Of a stretch of DNA of 64,000 nt, positions 50,728-64,000 are shown piece by piece. Source of the DNA: Phoronis australis (taxonomy: Eukaryota > Animalia > Phoronida). The notes under the pieces were generated by a model. It had not been told where the DNA came from. It made no database searches and was given only the letters and a program-made list of their open reading frames with translations. A program made the position numbers and the translations under genes. Numbering within the stretch: position 1 is the stretch's first letter; each line of letters begins with the position of its first letter. The stretch spans positions 256,569 to 320,568 of the forward strand of contig NMRA01000209.1 in assembly GCA_002633005.1 (NCBI GenBank). Reading direction: 5' to 3'.

Positions 50728-52967
50728 ATATGCGGGATGAAATATAAAGAAATGTGGTTCACAAGCAAACTTTTTTAACAGTCAACACATGTTAACACAT
50801 ACTAACAACAACTAAATAGCATTCAGTCCCACATGTTACATAAAATTTAGGGTAACGCTGAGCAGCTTTTCCCCAGCCCTGTCAACCTGCGATCGAGAAC
50901 GACCGGAAGGCGATTGAGAACGAAATTTGGAGCGAAAAGTGAAGAAAGGCAATGTATGTAAATTTGATGAGTTTTTGGTTGTTTTTAATTTCATTATGAA
51001 AGCAGAGACTTGGGTTCAAGGCGTAACACATTGAAGAAGGACAGATAGAGGTTTAGGCCAGTGTCTATTGCAGTTATGGAGAAAAGTTGCGTTAACCGAG
51101 GCACCGCATGAGCCGAAGGTGATTTGTATGTCATTTTGGCAAATTTTGATTATTTTTGGCTCTTCATCAATTTATTAATCATGAAGTTAGAAAGAAATGA
51201 CGTGTAAAAATATAGCGCATCGCTTGTTTTCCTTCGCTTTGTCAGGATCTCTGATTTGTGGACCCTTCTCTGTTGAAAGAAACGATTGAGAACGCAATGA
51301 TAAGAAACCGGTAATACCGCATTGTGGTGTGTCGAAGAATAGTGGAATTTTTACTTATAAAAAGTTTAAAAAGTTACAAAACAGGTGCGGTGCAATGAAT
51401 TAATCATGTTTTCGCGTCGTTTGTTACCTTCGTGTCAAAATCTAAATACATGTAGCATAGCATAGCATCATGGCAATAAAATCGCCATGAGCATTCCATG
51501 TACATCAAGCGTATTATTTTAGTTATAGATATTTTCACAAATGATTTTATTTTTATTTCAGGAACAATTTAATTTTAATTGTTCGAGGCGGGCTTCAACG
51601 AACATAAAAAAATATTGCCCACACCGTGGCGGTGCACCCTACTAGGTTATGAAGTACATAATTTAGTTTTACACGAAACCACTGCGAACAAGGGGCTCAA
51701 AACTAAGACTTACCCAGGAGTTGTTCCACGTGACGTCTTAGCTGGGCGGAAATAAATGCGGCAGGGGAGAGCGAGTGTCGAATCTTCTAGCAAAATTGTC
51801 ACAGCAAAAGGAAAAAAAANGTGTTCACGACATGATATGCGGGATGAAATATAAAGAAATGTGGTTCACAAGCAAACTTTTTTAACAGTCAACACATGTT
51901 AACACATACTAACAACAACTAAATAGCTTTCAGTCCCACATGTTACATAAAATTTAGGGTAACGTTGAGCAGCTTTTCCCCAGCCCGGTCAACCTGCGAT
52001 CGAGAACGACCGGAAGGTGATTGAGAACGAAATTTGGAGCGAAAAGTGAAGAAAGGCAATGTATGTAAATTTGATGAGTTTTTGGTTGTTTTTAATTTCA
52101 ATATGAAAGCAGAGACTTGGGTTCAAGGCGTAACCCATTGAAGAAGGACAGATAGAGGTTTAGGTCAGTGTCTATTGCAGTTACATGTATGGAGAAAAGT
52201 TGCGTTAACCGAGGCACCGCATGAGCCGAAGGTGATATGTATGTCATTTTGGCAAATTTTGATTATTTTTGGCTCTGCATCAATTTATTAACCATGAAGT
52301 TAGGAAGTAATGACGTGTAAAAATATACCGCAACGCTTGTTTTCCTTAGCTTTGTCATGATCTCTGATTTGTGAACCCTTTTCTGTTGAAAGAAACGATT
52401 GAGAACGCAATGATAAGAAACCGGTAAATACAAATTTGTGTCTGTTTATGCGATCGGGACCGCATTGTGGTGTGTCGAAGAATAGTGGAATTTTTACTTA
52501 CAAAATGTTTAAAAAGTTACAAAACAGCTGCGGTGCAATGAATTAATCATGTTTTCGCGTCGTTACTGTGTTACTTTTGTGTGAAAAATTAAATACATGT
52601 AGCATAGCATAGCATCATGGCAATAAAATCGCCATGAGCATTCCATGTACATCAAGCGTACTATTTTAGTTATAGATATTTTCACAAATGATTTTATTTT
52701 TATTTCAGGAACAATTTAATTTTAATTGTTCGAGGCGGGCTTCAACGAACATAAAAAATATTGCCCACGCCGTGGCGGTGCACCCTACTAGGTTATGAAG
52801 TACATAATTTAGTTTTACACGAAACCTCTGCGAACAAGGGGCTCAAAACTAAGACTTACCCAGGAGTTGTTCCACGTGACGTCTTAGCTGGGCGGAAATA
52901 AATGCGGCAGGGGAGAGCGAGTGTCGAATCTTCTAGCAAAATTGTCACAGCAAAAGGAAAAAAAAAA
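50728..52967 (+). repeat. About 1.1-kb near-identical direct tandem duplication flanking a single N
   Basis: 50728-51819 versus 51835-52967; N at 51820. Confidence 0.92.
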
Positions 52968-55511
52968 CGAATACGCCAGTGAAGTAAAAAAATGGTAATG
53001 ACTTCGCCAAGCTGGCAGACTGCCTTTGAACAATATGTTTCCTATTTTTCCTGGATATAGTTGAGTGGTTTTTGGTGGAAAACACTTCCAAAATGAATTA
53101 AAAATCCCACAAACTCTTCGTTCTGGAAAATTGGCTACCAGCTATTTCATGGGAAGTTCATAAGACTTATGTCTGGACAACGAAATATGGGTCAGATTTT
53201 AGATCATTCAACAGTAAGGGCGGGGGTAGTATAGCCCAGGTGAATCCAAACTGAACTTTGCGGTGCCATCTCTGACTGCAATACAACCTACCCTTTCTAA
53301 ACAGAGTCCGTTTTTCCAGGTGGTGGCGTGGTAAACTATTATTAAAATCGACTGGTCTATTTACACCGACTTCGTGTCTATTTACATTGTCAAGAAACAG
53401 CTAGAAAAAAAAACCTTTTCCGGCAAATCCAGATTCAGCCCCCTGGTTCCCGGACTACTAACAGAAGTACTTGTAACACGTTTTACGTTCAAGCTTGCGG
53501 CGCAGTTGTCTTGACTAGTTCGTATCTTGTGTACTTACGTGTCAGTGTATGTGGAACATACATTGTACCTCATGAAATAGATATCGTGTTGAAAAGTAGT
53601 AGTTGTGTTTAATTGGCTTTCATTGTTAAAACAAGTTGCTGCCAGACGTCTAATCCAGTTAAAACGAAATCTTTTTTATATTTCATCGTGAGTATCTACA
53701 AAGTGTTGTATCTATTGTCGGAAATTCCACTTCCCAATTTCGGGGGGAAGTTGCCTGTGACAAGCATGTGCATTAGTTTGATGCATCATTCCAAGTGACA
53801 CCTGGCGGTGTGATCTCAACTGACCACAGAAGGCAACGCGTATATTGAGCTTACATCTACATATGACGAAACAAGATTACATGTACTTCGTAATATTTAA
53901 CTTATGGGGCACGACTGTACCAGGGATGTAACCGAAACCCTTCTATGCGTATGAATCAATGTTTAGATGTTATCACTACTGGAGTATGTTGCTTCCTTAA
54001 CCCTTGTGTTCCGTTCGGTGATGCCATTCCAGGAAAAAATAATTTACCTGTTTTATTTAAAAAGCTGAAGTTATTGTAAACATTATTTTTGTAGGAATAA
54101 AATATATGCATGCATGTATTCATGTTCATCTGCGAGATAAAAGTATACATTTTAAACATAGAGTAGACGAAAATACTTAATGCGGGCTGAAGTCGGTTGT
54201 TGGGTGAGATAAACGCGATATTGTTGATAAATATATCTAAATTAAATACGCTGTGTGGCAGACGCGCTTGCTAAGTAATTTGTATAGTACATGGGAATTT
54301 TTGTCGCATTTTCGTCAATTAAAACACACTCTTTGCAACAGAAATGAACGGCAGGCGTTTGACCTATTCGATAAACGCATGGCATGTCAATTTGAAGAGA
54401 AACACTGCAGTTTTAAATTCTTTTCTGGTCAATTAAGCGCATTCTACTTAATAGGGCGTTTTGAGCATTTCAATCGAATTCCATCAAACGAAGACTGATT
54501 GATATTGCAATTGCTCATTTCTGCAATGTGACGTAGTAGTGGTGGGAAAGTTTCGGAAGTGACGGCTGTCAAAGGCAGGTGTATTTTTTACTTGTGCGTC
54601 CTGATGAAGTCGGTCAATAACCGAGACGTACGCCTACTCATCAATTTCCCCGCTCGCAATGATACGTTATCAGCGGCGAAAACGGTTGCGAAAGTCACAA
54701 AACAGCAACATCTGCAATGTAATATGACAGTATTGTAATTCGCTGACTAACGTAAAACCATGCTGGCATTTGAGACTTACGAACGTTTTTTTAAAAAGAT
54801 ACCACACAGCACTGACCATCGAAACATCAACAAGCATCTTTCAAATGTATTTTTCGTTATCCATCTCTCACTCATCCAGTAGCCTGGCAAGAGAAGCATT
54901 TTTCACATTTCGTTGTCGTAGCAGGATTGTTTTTGAGGTTGTAAAACATATTCTGTAGTCGCAGTTGAAAAAATTGGACATCTGAAGTTCATGAGGAGAA
55001 GAAAAATTCGTTGCTTCTTGTCATGTATTACTGTTCACTCGGCGGGTCAAGTATTCGGTCGTGATCTTTTTTGTGCAACCAGATGAATTCTTGGGGAATT
55101 TTGCGATTGGTTGGCTGGTTTATTTTGTCATCATAAGAACACGGGACTACAAAATACATGCCAGGTGAAAGAAAAAATACAAAACCAAAGAACATTCTGA
55201 AGAAATATTTTAGAAAACCGGCTGGTAAGTTAAAAAACTTCGTGGATTTGGTTCCAGATACCGTCAGTAAAAGCAATGTTTTGTCATTATTGTGGTTAAA
55301 AGGAATAGATTTGAACCCAAAAATACTTTATACAAAACAATTATTGATAACCAATAAAGGAAACAATAAAGCATAATAAATAACTCAAATAGGTAAAACG
55401 TGTAAACAAAATTTACCCAGAGTGGCGTAGATGAAGTAATATCGCACGAGACATTTACTTGACCTGATTGCATGTTGAGTGTCATTTATACTGCTGCAAT
55501 TGTTTTACTTG

Positions 55512-55694
55512 AAACTATTTTCGGAAAGTTCCGTGATCCAATCGGCTAACGAAGACGAGTCGACATTGCCCTACCTTTTGAATTTTCCATGTCAGAGGTC
55601 ACTGTTGAAATAGTGCAGGAGGCGAATACGGAAAACATTATTACATGGACGTATTTCCCTCGACAGATTCAACGCGTATGGAATAATACATGTA
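55512..55694 (+). repeat. Dispersed repeat, second copy at about 63313-63492
   Basis: Shared gagtcgacatt...catgtcaga.gtcactgttgaa...gaatacggaaaac...cagattcaacgcgtatgg. Confidence 0.85.
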
Positions 55695-55800
55695 TACCAG
55701 ATACACGGAGCCAGCATACAACACTACACCTGTACATACGGCATGTATGTAAAAGTTAAGGAATCATGTGGCAGACATTATGTTTATGGCTATGCGGGAA

Positions 55801-56859
55801 TATGACGTGTTATGTGTTGCAAAATTCAATGTTCAAAAAATTAGGTTTGATGTAATTATATGTATTCGATATCTTATATTTATATTTGATCTTCTTATAT
55901 TTATATTTGATCTTTCTAAAATTTATATTTGATCTTCTTATATTTATATTTGATCGATCTTCTTATATTTATGTTTGATCTTATATTCAATGTTATCTAC
56001 ATTTATGTTTCATAAGATTATATGTATTCAATGTTCATTACAATTGTATTCCATGTTTTGAAAATTTCGGTTCGATGTTCATATATGTATTCGATAATGT
56101 CAAGTTTTCGTTCGATGTCTTCCGATTATATTCGATAATGGAACTCTGGGTAAATTGAAACGACGGCCGTGATTGGTCAGCTGTGTTGATTCGTTATTTA
56201 CCCGTGTTCACAAATATCGATGAAATGGGCTTAATTGTCGAAAAAATGAGGAAGCAACTCGAGAGTAGAGTAGATGAGGGCGAAGCCCTCAGACAGCTTC
56301 GCGAGATCGGAGGATCTCGCCTTCTGTCCTTGCTGTGGTTGGTGTGGACGTGGACAGCTTAGAGTTTGATTCGCATGAAGCCGGCTTGTTGGCAACAGCT
56401 GTCATGCTACTGATTGCTTGTCTTTATACTGCCCCGTCGGGACAGTTTTTTTGTTTTTTTTCCGTTGTCTTTACACTGCCCCGACGCCCCTTCGGAACAG
56501 TTACCAGTAGCGCAGGGCCCAAACCCTTAGTGCTCCGGTACATGGTTGTCACGACAGGAAGCAACTGTTCTCCGGTAGCCGCCATTTATTTAATTCCAGG
56601 AACCAACCAGGGACATCGTTTCATAATACCCATAATTCCGTTATTGAACATATCAAAAGAAACATCGAACACATATAACGAAACATCGAACATATATACT
56701 AAGTTATCGCACATAAGTATTTTCATTATGGAATACAAATATTTTGACATCAAATGTACAAACTATAAGATCAAATATAAATATAAGGTATCGAATACAC
56801 ATAATTACATCAAACCTAATTTTTTGAACATTGAATTTTGCAACACATAACACGCCATA
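55801..56859. mobile_element. Non-autonomous DNA transposon with long TIRs and 6-bp TSD (IS3EU-like)
   Basis: About 95-bp TIRs (tatgacgtgttatgtgttgcaaaattcaatg / cattgaattttgcaacacataacacgccata); CGGGAA at 55795-55800 and 56860-56865; subterminal 21-bp tandem repeats. Confidence 0.8.
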
Positions 56860-57499
56860 CGGGAACCTAGAAATCTCTAACTTTAGATAATTTCGGAATA
56901 TCGCAATTGTATATCAGAAGTCGCTGATCGGATTCGCATGAAATTTTCAAATATGCTTTATGCACTGTACTACGAGACGCTGTTAGGAGATGTTATCAAA
57001 ATGTTAAACTTTTGCATGAGTGGCTATCAGAAATATGACTTAAACGTTTTTCATGAAAAGACTGTGAAAACTGCATGAATGTAAAACGAAACGATATTTC
57101 CGAAAACTGTAACAACGCTTTTGAAATTTCATCTTGAACAAATTAAAGTTGATCCATTGATTCCGTTGTTTGCCATCAATATACTCTTCCTTTTTTGATG
57201 AATACCGTNTCGTGCACGCGGTGATAAAATTAACGGCAACAAAAAAGTGGAGTTGTAATTCTTCGCCAAAGTCAACTTAATTCTCACAACTAAGCTTCAT
57301 CAAAGATATGTATAGAAGTAGAAAGGACCAATGAAGAAAGTAAGCGTTTTTTAAATGAAATTTTTAAGTGTAGATTGTATTTTTGGCGAGGTGAAAACTC
57401 GAAATCGGTATCCCAAATCCGGTCACGGCCAGTTTAAAATACACTGAAGTAACGAAATGAATTCAGAAAGCGAATGGAAGTATTGTAGCCCCTATATGG

Positions 57500-57721
57500 C
57501 CAACCGAGGGGCTACGTGTTGCCTACTAGATGGCCCCGCGTTCGTTTGAATGCGCTAAATTTCCCCTTACTCCCAGGTCTCCTAATGTTGTTTATTCATT
57601 TTTCACGAAGTTCTTGGTTTGCAGGGAACACATAAAAACTCAGATTTTTATCTCTCTTGTTGTTTTTGAAGCAGCCAGGAACACAACATGTGTATCCGCC
57701 GTAAGTTTTCTTCGCGCTCAT
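57500..57721 (-). pseudogene. THAP zinc-finger relic (transposon-derived)
   Basis: [47 protein letters not shown]; the conserved THAP Trp is mutated to TGA. Confidence 0.8.
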
Positions 57722-59820
57722 ACCGCGTATTACGCTTGTTACTATGGCCGCTTTCGGAATCCTGACCACAGCACCCACAATGCACCATGTTAACCTAATT
57801 TCAATATGGCGTCGCTGCAAATCCGCTATTCATGTCGTGCAGATCGCCTCGACGTGAAGCACAATGGTGATACTTAGAATGAGTCTCATATTGTTTACTT
57901 AGTTGAATTGACTGGAAGGATCAATAACATTAATATTATTGGGGATATTATTAGTGGGATGAGTCCACAGTCCCGTTTTTGTCGGGCTAACTTACGTGTA
58001 AGACCAAACTTAATCTCGTGAAATTTCGTAAAGGCCAATATCAGAAAGTTGGCCGGCTACCGAAAAGGTTTAAGGTTGGACTAAATAACCAAAATTTACA
58101 ACTGTCATCGATGGGATCTGTTCATATTTCGTTGATATCTTTTAAACACCGATGACCTAAAACTATGCCATACGTTGAAGATCGCCTGCTTTCGCTTCGT
58201 TCTTAAGATTTATCCATCTACTGTTTGCACGTCTTCGACTCCGCAGCCAGCTGTGATGAGGCGGCCATGCAAGAAAAAGCGCCACTCAGGATTGGGGCCT
58301 ATGTTAGCCAATCATCTCGTTTAAAATATTTTTCTCGCCATCCTACATGTACATTGTACGCTAACTTCATTTCCTTAGCCACGACCAGGGTGCAAGGGTA
58401 AACTCGACACCAGTTCTTTTCTTAGCTACAAACTTTTCTGTCAAGAACGCTGTAACGTCATACGCAAATCTGGGGCTCCGTTTGCCTTTGTGTATTGCCA
58501 ACCAAAAAGTTTCATCAGAAATAGATCCTGGCTTCTCTCCATCAGAAGCCGATGACTGGCGATGTTCCAAATACATCCTGGGCAGAAAGCCACTGCCGTG
58601 CCATGTCATCAAATGCAATTTACCTCAATATATGTGTTCATTTTCCGACTCTGGCTCGCTCGCATTGCAGTGCAAATAAGATAATACTTCACGCTCAATA
58701 ATATTTGTAGTCTCAATAAAAAACTTTCAGTTACTGAGCAATTACAGCAAGTACTTGACAACCAAAAATTCGCATTTTCAGTTGAATTGTACATTTATTT
58801 CTGCAACCTTTTTTCGTCGTCTACAAATGTTAATATTTGTTTTTTACTGTTTGCTATACCTTAACCTATAATTGAGTTTGAGTTTGCCGGGTACTTAAAC
58901 TTATTAGGTGGTAGTACCAAACGAACAGCCGGACGATTTCTGAGAAAATTACTGGAGGATAAACGAAGTATACATGTCTATCAGTATCTAATCTACACTG
59001 AGTAATCATGTTATCGAAATAAGTCACATTAAAGGTGAAATTTTCACGTTCCGTGTAAAAATCTCAAGAGGGATAAAAATAGAGGGAGGGGTCCAGTGTA
59101 ATATGATGGTTGGTGTGGGTTGGGGTGGATGTGAATCCACTAGTAAACATTCAGCCAATTCTGTGCCAGGTCCTGTAGATTTTATTTGACACTATAAGTT
59201 CTATCACAAATTGCTATTTATGTTTTTAAGTGACTTTACATAAAATTATTAAATAGACACCAGGTCAGCGTTCTGCGTGAGACCAAATGACTTCATAGAA
59301 AAGTGATATCGTTACGTCTTCTAGAGATATCGACATGCATTTCAAGCAAAGCACCTGGAGTGATCACTGTACCTCTCCTCACGAAAGTCGTGCAGAAGTA
59401 AACAAAAGTATATGCTGGATTTTCGAAGCAAACCTAATGGAATTTCACACAGACGCTGGCGTAGTAGTCTTAAACAAAGTACAAGATTAAAATCATTAAT
59501 CTTGTTGAGGTGTCAGTTTCCTGCGGAGTATATTACGCAGCAGTGAAGCTTTACATGTATAAACCTATTAGCAATCAAAAAAGCATTTTGGAAATAGGAC
59601 ATACAGCATATAATGTATGAAAAGAATCTCATTTGAATTTGGCAAGTCATTTGTAGTGTTCCACAGGCCAGTCCATAACCGTAAATGTTCTGTTGGCCCA
59701 CCTGCATACATGTACTTGTGTGTACGTGTACATGTGTTTGGCTGCTGGAAAAGTGTGAAACACGTGCGCGTAGTTTGATCGTAAAATTCTCAAGTGTTTA
59801 CAGAGGTGTGCTCTTTTCAG

Positions 59821-60204
59821 GCCAAGTATGACATTTGTCTCTCAAATTTGAACCCACAAGAGGTCCTTCCAGACGGTGATTGTGTCATTGCTAGAGTTGT
59901 GTACGGTAGGTGTCCTCCGCATCGTGTTCAACTGGAGCTGGAACTTGGTAAAAATGTCACTTGGTGGAAAGCAATCAAATTGTTTCCAAAATCCAAAGCG
60001 GGAGAGGGACAGTGTTTGGCCGAGATACAAGACACACAGTTTCCCGTTCAATGCGAAATAGACAAGTTCGTGCTGAAGAATAGTCATTTGGTGTTGTGCA
60101 AAGCAAAAACTTTTGGGGTTAAAAAACCGATGTACGCTGTGTCTGATGCTGAATTTTCTATACAAGGCGGAAATCTTTACACACTTCGGTGGGAACAAGA
60201 CTAA
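59821..60204 (+). CDS. Terminal exon of an uncharacterised protein (127 aa)
   Basis: ctcttttcag|, phase 0, open to TAA; globular-looking sequence with VTWWKAI, LVLCKAKTFGV..MY and GG..YTLRWEQD; upstream exon not located. Confidence 0.7.
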   Translation, partial: AKYDICLSNLNPQEVLPDGDCVIARVVYGRCPPHRVQLELELGKNVTWWKAIKLFPKSKAGEGQCLAEIQDTQFPVQCEIDKFVLKNSHLVLCKAKTFGVKKPMYAVSDAEFSIQGGNLYTLRWEQD

Positions 60205-63200
60205 ATCCGGTTGGTGTCACTCATTTGTACAGACTTAGAGTTAGGAGTACAGCAAATGGAATTTGTCGCTGCCAGAATGGTCACACAGTTTTGCGTGACC
60301 ATTCTTTGCAGGCCAAGGTATAGGCTCGACGCTGTTCAAGTACAGGCACCTTGTTCTACACAACAAAAAAGGGCGCTGAGTGAAGCCCACACAGAAGATT
60401 TTGGTTCGCTTGTAACTTGCGGAGGGAGTCTCTAAGTGACGATCACAAATCTTGGACGGCATCTATCTTAGGCAAACCTGTTATCGAACGGGAATAGAAC
60501 TGCTCTCCAGTCTATTTTGAGATGTTTCGTCAAAACATTGCCTTGCCGTTTAATCTCCTGAAAAAGGCAAACATTAAATCTTGGTTTAAGTTGGGCATTG
60601 TACATGTAGTATGGGCTGTGATGGCCATAAATATATTTTTAAAACCAAAGCATGTTCATAGTGGTCCGAAAAGCTTCCTATTTTGATATTTTGGCCTTAA
60701 CTTTACATGTTTATAGCATTTATTCATATTTTCAGACGTAACAGCAGTCTTCGCATGTTATTTCGACAGAATACGAATAAAATGTAATGATGCAGACCTG
60801 ATGTCTGCGCTACTTGAAACATGTGAAGGTGTAAAACACAGGTTTACATGTAGGACCTCCCTGTGTGTGTCAGTAGAGCAGTCAGTATATTCATGATCAT
60901 CACCCAAGCAGGATATAAGTGTTTAAAGCACTGGTAACACGAATGTAGCGTCTAGATAAACTGAGTTGCTACGTAATTAGCACACAATGTGGGCATCTAC
61001 TGTTACCTTTGTACAGGGACCTCGATCCATTATTGCATTCCCACAAATATTAAAAACTCAAGTAAAATTCCCCCATCAGGTAAAAAATCATCCTTCTGAG
61101 TGGTCAGAAACTCCCCTCATGGTTTTAACTTCAAAAAGTTAAACTTAAAAACTCGTAATTTGAACCTTCTGACTTCAGTCACCGGGCATCAGAATGCCAC
61201 AAAACGGTTTCCTCTTAAGGTGTGTGCAAGAACCAGTTCTGGTAATTTTTTTCTCTCGTAAATTGAAAACACAAGACTTCTGTTTACTCGTGCGGCCGAA
61301 AATGTCACATAAACAAGTTCTACATGTAGAAGAGAACAGTCAGTCGACAGGGCATTATCAAGTTGTTCCACTGAAATTGGAACACCCTTGTGAAACAGAT
61401 ATCCCGCGCACGAACCCCGACTTTTAAAAGTGGAACCTCGGAGGAAGCCCAGAATTTTTTTTCAAATTTTCTGAGACGATGTCAGTAGCTTTAGACTTTG
61501 AGCAAAAGCGTCTCCAAGTAATTTCCAATTGTTTTTTTGTATTCGTTTGGTAACAATTTTTAATAATATAACGTAATTTACATGTATGTTGTCGTGACCT
61601 TGTTATTTGATTTTTATCTGTAAAACTCGTGCAACTTCTTTGTCGACAAATTTCAACATAATCTATACTTTCAACATGTTGTTTTATCGGTGAATTATTA
61701 TTTAATTTTAGATCATCCAATATTTTCTCAAAATTATTTTCAAAAGTGAAAAACAAAAATGTGATTTCAACCTTTGAGTGCCATTGTTGAATAATTCCTT
61801 TAATATCTTTACAATTGGCTGCATTTTAGGGCTCGTCGATTTACTTGTCGAGAGTACATAATTCCAGACTGAGACAAAATCAATTTCCGGGTTTTCAAAT
61901 GGACCGTGTGTTGTAAAACAACTTATCAAAACAACCACTTAAAGTAGGAAGATTTATCGTTTACTCCAAATGTGGAATTGATACGTATCGCATGAACACA
62001 ACACATTAAAGGTACAAAGGTAGTACTTACTTGAGATAAACAACATTTGACAAAAAGTGCGGGATTGGTGTTTCGGTTCCCGGGTGTACTGTCCAATCCC
62101 CTCTGGATTCCAGTTTTAAAGGTCGGGTTTTGTGTTTTTCGGGCTGGATAGCTGTTTCGAAGGTGCGGGTGTCTATTTTCGACTCCGGGATATCTGTTAT
62201 ACGTCGTTGTACTAAACACGATGAAACATCTTGATTATAGAGACATTCAGGAACGTGCCATTTCAATCATGAACTTGCTATGCACTTCTCTCAGAAGCAG
62301 TCTCAAACAGACCACACTAAAACAGCTCAGTGTGTTCAAAAAAACTTGACAGACTGAGAACAGATAAACGTTGCTAGTGGCCATTTCAAGCCCAAGAAGA
62401 GCAGACTGCCGGTAATTTTATTAAGGCAGAGGGACGCAGTTGCATGTATCTGTGCTAAAATTCTTCATTATTGTGCCACAGTGTGTACTGTGGTGCAATC
62501 TTGGGGACGCTTCCTTGCAAACTGTTGCAGCTCAAGTGACTTAAGCCAAGATATATGTTAGTGATACTGGCAGATTTGGTAGTAAACTCATATTTTTCCG
62601 CGCTTGGCCAAAAATGAACCATAGTTTCTGGGTATTGGCTTTATAAAGCCACGCAGTACTCGACCCTTTGCTTGACGCCAAATCGGATTTGACGACTTGG
62701 CGAAAATCCCAGATCGCCAAACGAAATCTGGGTCGCCAATACTGCTGTCGAAATCGTCTACTAAAAAGGTTCTGCCGAACTCCGTTCTCAGAAAATTACA
62801 CACACCTACACTATTCCATTTCTCTCCGAAAAAATATGCATCATTCAAATTCTAACTCAACTCGTCAGCCAACTAAAAAGTCAGTCGATCGCATGTGCTG
62901 CATGCACGTTTCACAGTCCAGTCTTGCTCAATTTTATAATTCTGACTTCCGCCGGTTAAATCTTGTTGTAATTTAACAGTCATTCTACGAGAGCACCAAA
63001 TAGTCGACACTAGGGTCGCCTACTCTGATTTTGAAGAACAATAGTCTGATCACACGTCCTGGTGAAATATGTTCAAACCGTTTATTTCAATTTTGGGCCG
63101 TTATTTTTTAAGTTAGAACAACATGATTCTTTTCGCCCATTTTTGGTTCAAAAAGGTTCAGTTAATGAAACAGCTGTCTAAAAATCGGGAAATAAAAAAT

Positions 63201-63494
63201 CTTGATGATGTTTCTGTAGGCACTGAACATTTCTACCAGAGAACAGATTTTGCGTTTTCAAGACCTGATTGTATGTTGAGCGTTATTTATATTGCTATAA
63301 TTGTACTACTTTAAACTATTTTCCGAAAATTTGGTGATCGAACCGGCTAACGACGTCGAGTCGACATTAACCTACCGTTTGAACTTTTCATGTCAGATGT
63401 CACTGTTGAAGTAGTGCGGGAGGTGAATACGGAAAACTTTATTACATGGCCGTATTTCCCTCTACAGATTCAACGCGTATGGGATAAATATCCT

Positions 63495-63684
63495 TACATA
63501 CATACATACATACATACATACATGCATACATACATACATACATACATACATTCATGCATGAATACATGCGTACATACATACATACATACATACATACATA
63601 CATACATTCATACATACATACATACATACATACATACATACATACATACATTCATGCATGAATACATGCGTACATACATATATA
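63495..63684. repeat. (TACA)n microsatellite with a duplicated interruption
   Basis: Long tacatacataca run; ttcatgcatgaatacatgcg occurs twice, 100 nt apart. Confidence 0.95.
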
Positions 63685-64000
63685 TTATAGTAATGCCAGA
63701 AAAAGCAGGGCAGTAAATAAACATCATAAAATTAGCCAACAATGACGTAAGGCGTCCTAATAAGAAACGCTAAAAATCCTCTTTTAAAAGATATATTCTT
63801 CTGCCCCTTAAGTGAGTGAGGGCAAGGATATCTGAAGCACGTTTCCAGTGGTCATAAAGACTATTTTTGGTCATTACCCCGATGCATTACTCATTGAGGC
63901 GATAGTGAAGGTTTACTATTTGATTCACTTGCATTCCATCGTGTAGCCGTCAATTCTATGACGAACAGAAAGCAAATGAACACTCCGACTAGCAAAGGTA

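Larger units (their letters stand above)
53457..58672 (+). repeat. Copy 2 of the old local duplication, interrupted by about 3.9 kb of other sequence
   Basis: 53457-53946 matches 33683-34213; 57828-58672 matches 34700-35550. Confidence 0.8.

Noticed and set aside
56335-56850. 171-aa ORF with hydrophobic segments
   Set aside because: Lies inside the IS3EU-like element and runs through its TIR repeats.
63390-63716. ORFs with YIHT / MYVC repeats
   Set aside because: Translation of the (TACA)n microsatellite.

Overview
Eukaryotic, intron-rich, AT-rich DNA, probably from a marine invertebrate (taxon not determinable here). Nothing prokaryotic is present: no operon, CRISPR array, rRNA or tRNA. 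(1) 1899-33361 (+): the 3' 22 exons of an SVEP1/polydom-like gene (ephrin-receptor-like Cys repeat, 6 EGF, pentraxin, 61 Sushi/CCP domains, 3 EGF, basic tail). All introns are GT-AG and phase-compatible, and 56 Sushi domains sit in just three exons (6547, 348 and 2915 nt). (2) 37465-47978 (+): three exons of a single-CUB, mucin-stalk, single-pass membrane protein. Its 7.5-kb intron holds a decayed Gmr1-like Gypsy element and an intact orphan ORF with a cystine-knot-like Cys pattern. (3) 59821-60204 (+): terminal exon of an unrecognised globular domain. The rest is transposon debris (L1/Tx1, hAT, maT/DD37D, two THAP relics, an IS3EU-like element, MITEs), an old local duplication and a probable assembly duplication. 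The most striking sequence-level signal is at least 36 copies of TACATGTA; several are TA->TACATGTA insertions when compared with paralogous copies or conserved motifs, consistent with Tc1/mariner-type excision footprints. Coordinates, counts and identities were read by eye.
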